From Tubiluchus corallicola (lineage: Eukaryota; Animalia; Priapulida), in contig JAQGDQ010000019.1 in NCBI GenBank assembly GCA_030141605.1, positions 1 through 64,000 of the forward strand: a DNA stretch of 64,000 nt, given 5' to 3'. The position numbers and the translations under genes are program-made. The notes under the pieces are model-generated. The model did not search any database and was not told where the DNA came from. It saw only the letters and a list, made by a program, of their open reading frames with translations. Within the stretch, counting starts at the first letter, position 1, and every line of letters begins with the position of its first letter. Positions 1 to 9,462 of this stretch are shown one piece after another.

Positions 1-1009
1 GTGGTGTTTTTGCCTTGTTTAAAACCCACCTAACCCTTGCTACAATGAATAATGTCTTCGCTGGAAGCGGACATGTTTGTTTACAAAATCTAACTTTGCA
101 ACCCGCCGATAGAGGGCGCGCAACAAGGAATCACGCCAATTGAGAGCCGTTGGGATGCTCGGTAAACCAATTAATTTACCGAAGATTATTTTTGGCAGAG
201 CTTAAACAATTGTTACTATTTGTTAGCTGCAAAATAATTAGAAGAAAGCAGATGACAAAGTAAACTGTAAAATAAGCAATTTAATAGCTTATTAAGAAGA
301 TGCCAATGAAAATAAGTAGCAGTTGCTCGAAACCCTCATTTCACATGCAGTATGGCATCACTTGGTAACGCGCATGCGCAGAGCACCGCGTTTGTGTATA
401 AAAACAAGTGTATACACAAGTGTTTTAGCCGAGATCAATGCCTTTTTGCCCTGCTGTGACAAAAGCAGTAAAAACAAAAACCCTGGTGAGATAAAAGCAG
501 TGAAAACCAAACCTGAAATAAAGGTGAGAAATTAAAACTCAAACTTCCAAGTTGAAGGATGAAATAACTCAAATTGCCATAGTCACATGAACTTGTGACT
601 AAATTGAGGCAAAGATGTACAGATATTTTTCTGACAAATTGAACAGCCCACTGCATTCTGAAATAGAATGATGTAACTTTAAATTAACAATGTGCCATTT
701 TCAACATTCAATTTGAAGTTTGCTCTGAATAATGAAGCTGAAGACATCAACTTGTATTGGAGTGTTTACTCCTACTATTGTATCTGATTTATGATTAGAA
801 AATAAACTGGTTAAACTTAATTTCTCATTATTTGCATTTTCCTTCCACTGGTTCAGTGTAATCCAATTTGGTACACATATGCAGAAATGGACCCAAACTT
901 CACACCTACACTATTACCATAGTGAGGTTAATGTACTTGTGGTGCACACAATTCATTCCCCTAGACAACAAAAACGATAATAATGCCAAACAGTGCAAAC
1001 CACATTACA
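1..1009 (+). repeat. 5' LTR (first T outside window)
   Basis: Aligns to 8003-8998 with ~24 substitutions, a 1-bp and a 12-bp indel (manual count); ends CACATTACA just before the PBS. Confidence 0.96.
369..403 (+). promoter_or_regulatory. Candidate LTR core promoter: NRF1-type palindrome plus TATA box
   Basis: CGCGCATGCGCA (369-380) matches YGCGCAYGCGCR; TATAAAA at 397-403; both retained in the 3' LTR. Confidence 0.5.
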
Positions 1010-1012
1010 TTT

Positions 1013-1030
1013 TGGGGGCTCGTCCGGGAT
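1013..1030 (+). other. Primer binding site complementary to the tRNA-Pro 3' end
   Basis: TGGGGGCTCGTCCGGGAT, 18/18 the tRNA-Pro PBS sequence used by MLV, 3 nt downstream of the LTR end. Confidence 0.95.
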
Positions 1031-1081
1031 CTTTCTGCATTTATGATGAACCTGTGGAGTGAATTTGAATTAGTTTAACCA

Positions 1082-2437
1082 ATGGGTTTATTTCATTTCT
1101 TTTTGTGTATATTTAATTATTTAAGGTCCTTTCTATACTCAAAGCCTAAAAAGCAAGAAAATATTGCTGAACAGGCAAGCACGAGTATGAAAAGGTCTGG
1201 TGCCATTAGAAAAAGGCCAACATTACAGAACATATCTGCTGCTGTTCAAAAAGCACCTAAACTTGAGCAGGATGTTCATGAAATTTCAGATTTAACACTG
1301 GGCTCACCCATTTTGGGCACCAGTGATGGTAAAAATATCAATCTGATTTATGATGGTAATTTACCTCAGTCAAAAATGAGACAAAATCCATCTCATTGGT
1401 CCACAGATGGTAATGTGTCTGAAGTCAGCGAAACGATGCCTTCATTCACAGCACCCAGGGCTGGGGAAACACCATCTTCTACTACATGGCACTCACCTTC
1501 AACAAACTTGAAAAGATCAAGTGCAATGTCTGAAATGGGAAGGTCCGCTAAAGAGAAAAAGCCACCCATTTTTAAGTCTGGTAACAGCCTTCAATTTAGA
1601 CAGTTCATTGCCAAATTTGAAATTGTGGCCAGATATAATCAGTGGTCGAGGACAGAGTGGGTAACCCAGTTGATGCTGTGTTTAGAAGGGGATGCTCTTG
1701 AAATAGTAATGGATTTTAATGAGACCTCTGATATTACATACAGTGAAGTTGTAGAAGCTCTGGCACGCAGGTTTGACCCTGCTGAACGTATGCTCCAATA
1801 TAGGAGTGAATTACGTAGTAGGATGAGAAAACCTAATGAAACCCCGGAGGAGTATGGTGCAGTAATACGTAGAATGTTTAGTATGGCATACCCAGAACTT
1901 CCACGCGATACGTGTGAAGAACTTCTGGTGGATAAATATCTAGAAGGGCTTGGGGATGTTGAAGTGCATAAGCATACGAGTCTCCAAGAACCAAAAACTT
2001 TGGATGAAGCAGTCACTAAAGTGGCTCAGTATGAAGCTGTTTGCAGGGAAACAGCAGATGTAAAAATTAAAAAACCTATTCCTCCAAGGATTAATCAGGT
2101 CACGTCTCAGCGCAATGCTGACAAAGATGTTACCTTGAAGGAAATTTTGAAAGAGCTAACTAGCTTAAAGGAACAGTTGCTTGCTCTCAAAGCTGAAAAA
2201 CAAGATTCAGCTGCCATCAAACAGCAGCAAGTCAATTCGACTTTACAAGCTCAAGATAGATATCCTAACATACGAAACCCCGACTTAGAATGTTTCTATT
2301 GTCATAAGAAAGGTCATATAATCAGAAACTGTAGGGAGAGATTCCCAAAGAGAGTACAGCTCAAGATTTCTGATTCGAAAGACTTGCCTAGTGTAGAATC
2401 AGTCACTGCCATAAAGGCTGCTGATTCGTTAAACTAA
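1082..2437 (+). CDS. gag: Gag polyprotein (capsid-like domain + CCHC zinc knuckle)
   Basis: 451-aa ORF after the PBS; retrotransposon capsid-like region (FIAKFEIVARYNQW...LEGDAL...ARRFDP) and CFYCHKKGHIIRNC knuckle. Confidence 0.93.
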   Translation: MGLFHFFLCIFNYLRSFLYSKPKKQENIAEQASTSMKRSGAIRKRPTLQNISAAVQKAPKLEQDVHEISDLTLGSPILGTSDGKNINLIYDGNLPQSKMRQNPSHWSTDGNVSEVSETMPSFTAPRAGETPSSTTWHSPSTNLKRSSAMSEMGRSAKEKKPPIFKSGNSLQFRQFIAKFEIVARYNQWSRTEWVTQLMLCLEGDALEIVMDFNETSDITYSEVVEALARRFDPAERMLQYRSELRSRMRKPNETPEEYGAVIRRMFSMAYPELPRDTCEELLVDKYLEGLGDVEVHKHTSLQEPKTLDEAVTKVAQYEAVCRETADVKIKKPIPPRINQVTSQRNADKDVTLKEILKELTSLKEQLLALKAEKQDSAAIKQQQVNSTLQAQDRYPNIRNPDLECFYCHKKGHIIRNCRERFPKRVQLKISDSKDLPSVESVTAIKAADSLN

Positions 2438-2512
2438 GCAGGACCGGGCACGGGGCCAGTGTTCCGGTCAGCAACTTAAAGGCCCTGGGAAGTCTATCTC
2501 GCACTGGCCCCG
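2428..2512 (+). promoter_or_regulatory. -1 programmed ribosomal frameshift signal (slippery heptamer + pseudoknot)
   Basis: G_TTA_AAC (2428-2434) immediately before the gag stop; the -1 frame is open from 2434 into protease; stem GACCGGGCAC/GTGTTCCGGTC with loop GGGGCC able to pair with downstream GGCCCT. Confidence 0.8.
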
Positions 2513-5500
2513 GAGCCATCATCAAAGAGATAGAAACAGTTCCGAATTGGGAAGACCATTTAGCTCTTCCTTATTCTGACCATAGTGATAATTATATTTT
2601 TCCAATCGAACACAAGCCATGTTGGCATGTGGAAATAATGGTAAATAATTTTAGTATAAATTTTGTAGTGGACACAGGTGCCAGTGCAACAATTTTGGAC
2701 TTGCACCTGTACTACACTCTGCCCGAGGATGATAGACCTGAACTCCGCTATTCGGAGAAAAATCTACAAGCTGTTAGTGGCCATTTATTAAATCAGATTG
2801 GAGAAGCTGATTTTGAAATTGAATTGGCTGACATACACTCTGTAGTTACAATGGTTGTTGCTTCTGTTGGCGGACCGTTTGGAATATTGGGTTTGGATAT
2901 TTTGGAAGAGAAAAATGCTATATTCAATGTACAGCAAGGAATTCTCTTTATAGATGATTTATCCATCCCATGTTTTAAAAATCCGGAAGAAGAATGGGAT
3001 GAATATCCTGGTCGTTTAGATGACCATGAAGCTTATCCTGTTGCAAAAGTGCAGCCTATTCCAAACAGTGATGAAATAACCTCCATATGTCCAGAACATT
3101 TGCAGAGTTTGTTAGATAGTGTTGATTCAACCCTCTCTTTGGAGCAAAAGAACCAAGTTGCAAATCTCTTGGTACAGTTTGTAGAAGCATTTGTTGGGCC
3201 AAGTAACAGGTTTGGCAGAACTGCTATTGTCAAACATGTGATTGATACTGGCACAGCACGCCCTATAAAACAGGCACCCAGAAGGTTGCCTGAGAAAAAA
3301 AGAGCTGCTGCTGAAGCAGAATTAGAGAGAATGTTGGCCGAAGATATAATCGAGCCAAGCTGTAGCCCATGGGCATCACCCATTGTTTTAATTCCTAAGA
3401 AAGATGGCAGTTTTCGTTATTGCATCGATTATAGGAAACTGAATGATGTTACATATAAAGATGCATATCCATTACCACGAATTGAAGAAGTTTTTGATGC
3501 CCTTAGAGGTTCATGTTGGTTCTCAACTTTTGATTTGGCCAACGGTTTCTGGCAGGTTGAAATGTCAGAAGAATCTAAGGCCAAGACTGCCTTTGCCACA
3601 AGACAAGGGCTCTACCAATTTAAGGTGATGCCCTTTGGTCTTTCCAATGCACCAGCCACCTTTGAACGTTTGATGGAAACAGTGCTCCGAGGTTTACAGT
3701 GGAGCCACTGTTTGATATACCTGGATGATATCATTGTCTTTGGTAAAAGTTTCACAGAAGCAATGAGCAACTTGCACTTAGTATTTGAACGTCTGAGAAA
3801 TGCCAATATGAAAATAAAGGCATCTAAGAGTAAGCTGTTTCAAACAAGCGTAAAATTTCCGGGACATGTTGTGTTTGGTGATGGTATAAGAACTGACCCA
3901 GAGAAAATTTCTGTTGTGCAAAATTGGAAAATTCCAAGCACACAGACTGAAATGCGAAGTTTTCTAGGATTCGCATCGTACTACAGAAGGTTTATACCAC
4001 AGTGCATCCATTGCAGCTCCACTTTCTGCTTTAACCAGGAAGGGAGTGGCCTTTCAGTGGGATAATTCTTGCACTGAAGCTTTCAATGCATTAATTGATC
4101 ACTTAACTAAAAGCCCAGTGTTGTCATATCCAACGGCTGATGATCAATTCATCTTGGATACTGATGCTTGTGACACTGGAATAGGTGGTATATTGTCGCA
4201 ACTCCAAGAAGGAGAAGAAAAAGTCATAGCTTATGCTAGTCGAACTTTGAGTCAATCTGAAAAGAAATATTGTACAACCAAAAAAGAACTTCTGGCTGTA
4301 ATTACATTTGTTAAGCAGTTCCATCATTATTTGTGGGGTAGATTCTTCCGTATCCGCACCGATCATGCTGCATTAACCTGGCTGATTAACTTTAGAGAGC
4401 CAGAAGGTATGGTAGCACGTTGGATATCCATACTGGACACCTATGATTTCAGTGTTGAACATCGTAAAGGTAGCCAGCATGGAAATGCTGATGGGTTATC
4501 CCGACTGTTCCAGTCTGCGTTGATAGTGGCAAAATGTCCACGTGAGGATTGTAATGATACCAGACATAAAGTGTCAGAGAAAATTTGTAATGTTTCTAGG
4601 GGATTGTCTTCTCAGAATGTGACCGATCTGCTGCAGCCAGTGGTGCATTTAAGCAGTAGTGACGTGAAGCCAAAGAGTGTTGCTTTGAATGTTCACGGGG
4701 ATGAACATAAAAGTTCTGAGAGTGACATAATTACGGTCCCATCACTGGAGTTGTCTGTTAAGATGGTGAAACCCAGAAGGGGGAGATGAATCCTAGTGGA
4801 GGACCAAGGGAAAGCATACCACATGACTTGGATGCTGACAGTCCCTTTGATGAAAGAGCCTCCATAGGACCAGTGCAAAGCCCTCCTGATTTACCATTTG
4901 ACATCTCAAAATGGCGCCTAAAGGAATTACAAGAGCAAGATGAAGCTATAGATTTCTTTAGGGTGCGAATTAGTGATGGAGAAACTAAACCTAATTTTCA
5001 AGAAATAGCTGACAAGAGTTCAGATTTTAGAACGTACTGGAACTTATGGGATACCTTGGAAATATATGATGGACTGCTGTACAAACGATTTGAGACTAGC
5101 ATAACCCCTAGCTCTCCAACAAGGCAGTTGATTGTGCCGTATGGATTGCGACGGGAGATTTTTAATCATCTACATAGTCCTAGAACTGGTGCACATCAGG
5201 GTGTGCACAGAAGTATAGCGAAATTGAAACAGCGCTTTTATTGGCCTGGATATCAAAATGATGTTAAAAGATGGTGTAAGTTTTGCTCTGCTTGTGCTCG
5301 AAGGAAGCCGGGAAAAGGTCCTAAGAGGGGAAAGCTTCAGCAACAAATGCCTACAGGTCCCTTTGAACGTATAGCAATTGATATACTTGGCCCATTGGAA
5401 GAAACTTCCAAGAAAAATAAAGTGATCATGGTTGTATGTGATTATTTTACTAAGTGGGTAGAAGCATATGCACTTCCTAACCACGAGGCATACACTGTGG

Positions 5501-6408
5501 CAGAATTTATCTGTAGGTATGGCGTACCTTTACAGATTCATACTGACCAAGGAACTGACTTTGAATCCAAGTTGTTTAAAGGTGTTTGTAAAGCTCTTGA
5601 AATTGAGAAAACTCGTACAACAGTTTACCACCCTCAATCGGATGGTCTTGTTGAAAGGTTTAATAGAACCTTACAACAAATGTTAGCTATATTCGTAAAT
5701 GAATATAGGGATGATTGGGACGATCATTTGCCATACGTCCTAATGGCTTATAGAGCCACAGCTCATGCATCTACCGGCTGCTCTCCTAACCTAATGATGT
5801 TTGGGAGGGAGAACAATATACCCTTAGATATTATGGTAGGGTCACCTCCACAGCCAGAGAGGCCAACTCACTGTCCTCATGAATATGTAGAGTGGACCAA
5901 GGATGTGTTAAAAGAAGCACACGAGTTTGCTCGCAATTCTCTCCGCAAAGCAGCAGAGAGACAGAAAAGAGATTATGATACCAATGTCAAGTCCATGCAG
6001 ATTAAAGAGGGTGATTGGGTATGGTATTTTTATCCACCGGCACTCAGAAGAAAGTTAGGCCAAGGGTGGCAAGGTCCATTTCTTGTTTTAACCAAGATTA
6101 ATGGCGTTACATATAAAATTCAAAAAGATGCTAAATCAAATCCCAAAGTTGTTCATATAGACAATTTGAAGCCGTATTTTGGTGATAAAACACCTATGGA
6201 TTGGACCATACTAAACCATATGCCCTCAGACCATCAAGAGTTAGAAGCAGAAAATGTTTCATTTCTGGGAGAAGACTGTGTTACAGGGGAGCAGCCATGC
6301 GAACCTGAAGAAGCTACAGTTTATGATTCTGCTTCTGGCTTTGAAACAGAAACCCAGTTTCGCAGAGGTGCTAGAGTGAGAAAACCACCTATTCGCCTAG
6401 ACTTATAA
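2434..6408 (+). pseudogene. pol: Pol (aspartic protease, RT, RNase H, integrase) interrupted by two frameshifts
   Basis: FVVDTGA protease; RT with PFGLSNAPATF and YLDD; RNase H (LDTDAC, IAYASR, TDHAAL) in shifted frame 4046-4789; integrase HHCC, D-D-E (IDILG/TDQG/ERFN) and GPF motif in 4786-6408. Apparent 2-bp loss at ~4003 and 1-bp loss at ~4760. Confidence 0.92.
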
Positions 6409-6577
6409 GTCACTATGAAATCCGCCCTGGGCAAGGCGTTAAACTGCATCCATCCACACTAATGGGAGGACGGTTGCTCTGAAAATTGCTCTTCTGGTGG
6501 CATCAGAGATTTTAATACATAGTGCATAGAAACATTGGAAAACATAAATCTTTATGTTTTTTTTTATTTTGTTTCAG

Positions 6578-7402
6578 ATGAATACATCACGATTCAAATG
6601 CAATAAATGCACATTTAATGGTGGATCATTGCAAGCAATGTCTCGACACTGGAAGCAATGCCACGCTGGTCGGGCAATGCCCCAGAGATGGCCATTAATG
6701 GGAGCAGCTGAATTAAAGCCGCTGATGGCCAGAGACAATGGCCAAGGACATTATGGAGCTCATAGCCTTGGCAGGCCATCACGCCAGCCATCTCCTACAG
6801 TTCGAATTCCCACTAGGGTTAAACAACCAATAGCTCCATGGCGTCGTCCGCAACCACTAGTCCCTGTGAGGAGATGTGATGAAAAAGGTAGTACTAGTGG
6901 AGCAAATGGCTCATATATGACCTCCAAACTACCGTCCCTTATCCAAAAAACTATCGGAATTGGAAGAGAGTACATGGAGTTACAGAAGCAGGTGTTGGAA
7001 GAAATTTATAATCTGTTGGCTCCTGTGGACCCAAGACTAACCCCCAAACTACCAGTGGCTGACAAAAGCACATCTACCACTACTCATGGGGAATCTTCGG
7101 GTCATACTAAACCCACTGATGATTCCCACAGGGAGAAATCGCTCTGTAAAATCAGATTGAAACGAAAAAGGTCGTCCGAAGAGCGATTGGGGAAAGAAAG
7201 TTCCCCAATCAATGAGAAAAAAATAAAGGTGGGACAAGCTTCCTCTTGTGTAGTGGAACCTGAAGTCCCCACCCAAACTCCTTTGGATGAGAAATCCATT
7301 AGTCCGTTAGGAATGAAACGCACTAGACGTCTTTCATCAACCTCTTCCAGTTCGAGCTCAAGTGATAATGAGACCAGCAGCTCCTGTGGTAATCGTAACT
7401 AA
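6578..7402 (+). CDS. Accessory ORF3 in env position: N-terminal C2H2 zinc finger, basic NLS-like motifs, Ser-rich tail (274 aa), probably from a spliced mRNA
   Basis: ATG directly follows TTTTTTTTTATTTTGTTTCAG; FKCNKCTFNGGSLQAMSRHWKQCH = C-x2-C-x12-H-x4-H; RLKRKRS and KRTRR; no signal peptide or TM segment visible. Confidence 0.7.
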   Translation: MNTSRFKCNKCTFNGGSLQAMSRHWKQCHAGRAMPQRWPLMGAAELKPLMARDNGQGHYGAHSLGRPSRQPSPTVRIPTRVKQPIAPWRRPQPLVPVRRCDEKGSTSGANGSYMTSKLPSLIQKTIGIGREYMELQKQVLEEIYNLLAPVDPRLTPKLPVADKSTSTTTHGESSGHTKPTDDSHREKSLCKIRLKRKRSSEERLGKESSPINEKKIKVGQASSCVVEPEVPTQTPLDEKSISPLGMKRTRRLSSTSSSSSSSDNETSSSCGNRN

Positions 7403-7963
7403 AAGATGTAACCAGGATAAAATTATGCCATTTAAGTATCTGTTTACAATTTAGAATAGATTAAGATACTGTATTGCGTTTACGCTTCCTATATAGATCC
7501 ATTTTTGTAATCTTGTATGTAATTTTGTAGATTACATAATCATTTTTTATGCATTTTTTTTATACCTCATGTATTCAGTATTAAGAAAAGAAGGTGCAAT
7601 ATTCAGTGTGTTAAAATTACTTTGTTAAATGTTTAGTTCGTGTTAACGTTTTTGCTAGAGATTTTGTATTTTGAAATATATATATATATATATTATAAAA
7701 ATGTATTTCGCACATCTTAAAAAAGTAAAGAGTTTTTGCAATTTAAAATTACTGTCTGACATAATTGTACTATTGGAGTAGTTGATTATGACGCAGTTAC
7801 AATCCCGCACTTGTTTTGTTACTTTCAAACAAGTGCATCAAGTAAAGATACCTACCGAAGTATCTACAACAAAGACTTACAGAAAGTGGGCAGAGCTTTG
7901 TTAACTTCACCAATACTGCAATGAAGTGTGCAACTGCACAAAAAAAATGATTCCTATTTTTGA

Positions 7964-8001
7964 CCACCTGAGGGCAGGTGGAGTAATTTAGAAGGGGGGT
8001 G
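7964..8001 (+). other. Hairpin plus polypurine tract
   Basis: CCACCTG-AGGG-CAGGTGG stem-loop (7964-7981), then AGAAGGGGGG abutting the 3' LTR. Confidence 0.85.
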
Positions 8002-8998
8002 TGTGGTGTTTTTGCCTTGTTTAAAACCCATCTAACCCTTGCTACAATAAATAATGTCTTCGCTGGAAGCGGACATGTTTGTTTACAAAATCAACTTTGC
8101 AACCCGCCGATAGAGGGCGCGCAACAAGGAATCATGCCAATCGAGAGCCGTTGGGATGCTCGGTAAACCAATTAATTTAACGAAGATTATTTTTGGTAGA
8201 GCTTAACAAATTGTTACTATTTGTTAGCTGCAAAATAATTAGAAGAAAGCAGATGACAAAGTAAACTATAAAATAAGCAATTTAATAGCTTATTAAGAAG
8301 ATGCCAATGAAAATAAGTAGCAGTTGCTCAAAACCCTCATTTCACATGCAGTATGGTATCACTTGGCAACGCGCATGCGCAGAGCACCGCGTTTGTGTAT
8401 AAAAACAAGTGTTTTAGCCGTGATCAATGCCTTTTTGCCCTGCTGTGACAAAAGCAGTAAAAACAAAAACCCTGCTGAGATAAAAGCAGTGAAAACCAAA
8501 CCTGAAATAAAGGTGAGAAATTAAAACTCAAACTTCCAAGTTGAAGGATGAAATAACTCAAATTGCCATAGTCACATGAACTTGTGACTAAATTGAGGCA
8601 AAGAAGTACAGATATTTATCTGACAAATTGAACAGCCCACTGCATTCTGAAATAGAATGATGTAACTTTAAATTAACAATGTGCCATTTTCAACATTCAA
8701 TTTGAAGTTTGCTTTGAATAATGAAGTTGAAGACATCAACTTGAATTAGAGTGTTTACTCCTATTATTGTATCTGATTTATGATTAGAAAATAAACTGGT
8801 TAAACTTAATTTCTCATTATTTGCATTTTCCTTCCACTGGTTCAGTGTGATCCAATTTGGTACACATATGCAGAAATGGACCCAAACTTCACACCTACAC
8901 TATTACCATAGTGAGGTTAATGTACTTGTGGTGCACACAATTCATTCCCCTAGACAACAAAAACTATAATGATGCCAAACAGTGCAAACCACATTACA
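8002..8998 (+). repeat. 3' LTR
   Basis: Begins TGTGGTG directly after the polypurine tract AGAAGGGGGGTG, ends CATTACA; near-identical to 1-1009. Confidence 0.96.
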
Positions 8999-9462
8999 TT
9001 AGTATAAGCCTCTTACCTATTTTGTGCCTATGCGTGTGTGATAAGGAAAAGCAAATCCTCTTTATCTTGTTCAGCGATTACTGCAAGTCCAAATCGCAGA
9101 CCACTTCAAAAAATCAGGCATTCTTCATCTTTCTCCAGGTAACTTAAAGCATGTCACAAGCTAGACTTGTGCAAAAAATCCGAACTCTCGGGTCTCTCCA
9201 CACCAATAATTTTTTTGTCCATTTGCCACAATGGCATAGTATAAACAATTACAGTGTTTAGAAGGAGTACAATTAAGTTGCAACCATGGACAAAAAACTA
9301 TTACAGCCATAGCTATTAATCATTTACGTATGATACACATGTTCTGTTAGAGCTTCGCCCCGACCATCCAAACTATTCGAAGGTAATGTGCCTTCTCGGC
9401 TAAATGAAATGGTGCGTCACCGTGCGAGCGCGTGAACCGTTATGCTTAGGCAACATGATGGC

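Larger units (their letters stand above)
1..8998 (+). mobile_element. Ty3/gypsy (Metaviridae) LTR retrotransposon, full length, pol disrupted; carries an extra 3' ORF
   Basis: Direct repeats 1-1009 and 8002-8998 (TGT...ACA), PBS 1013-1030, gag with CCHC, PR-RT-RNaseH-IN order, PPT 7990-8001. The first base of the 5' LTR and the left TSD lie outside the window. Confidence 0.97.

Noticed and set aside
323-535. 70-aa ORF repeated at 8324-8524 (also 868-1062 / 8857-9147)
   Set aside because: Duplicated only because they lie in the LTRs; TTG starts and no recognisable domain.
6554-6577. Hydrophobic MFFFILFQ N-terminus suggesting a signal peptide/env
   Set aside because: It is the translated polypyrimidine tract of a splice acceptor; no TM or furin/fusion-peptide pattern downstream.
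7760-7925. Small ORF/fusogen between ORF3 and the PPT
   Set aside because: Only a 38-aa ATG ORF and an ATG-less ~55-codon frame, neither with a TM segment.
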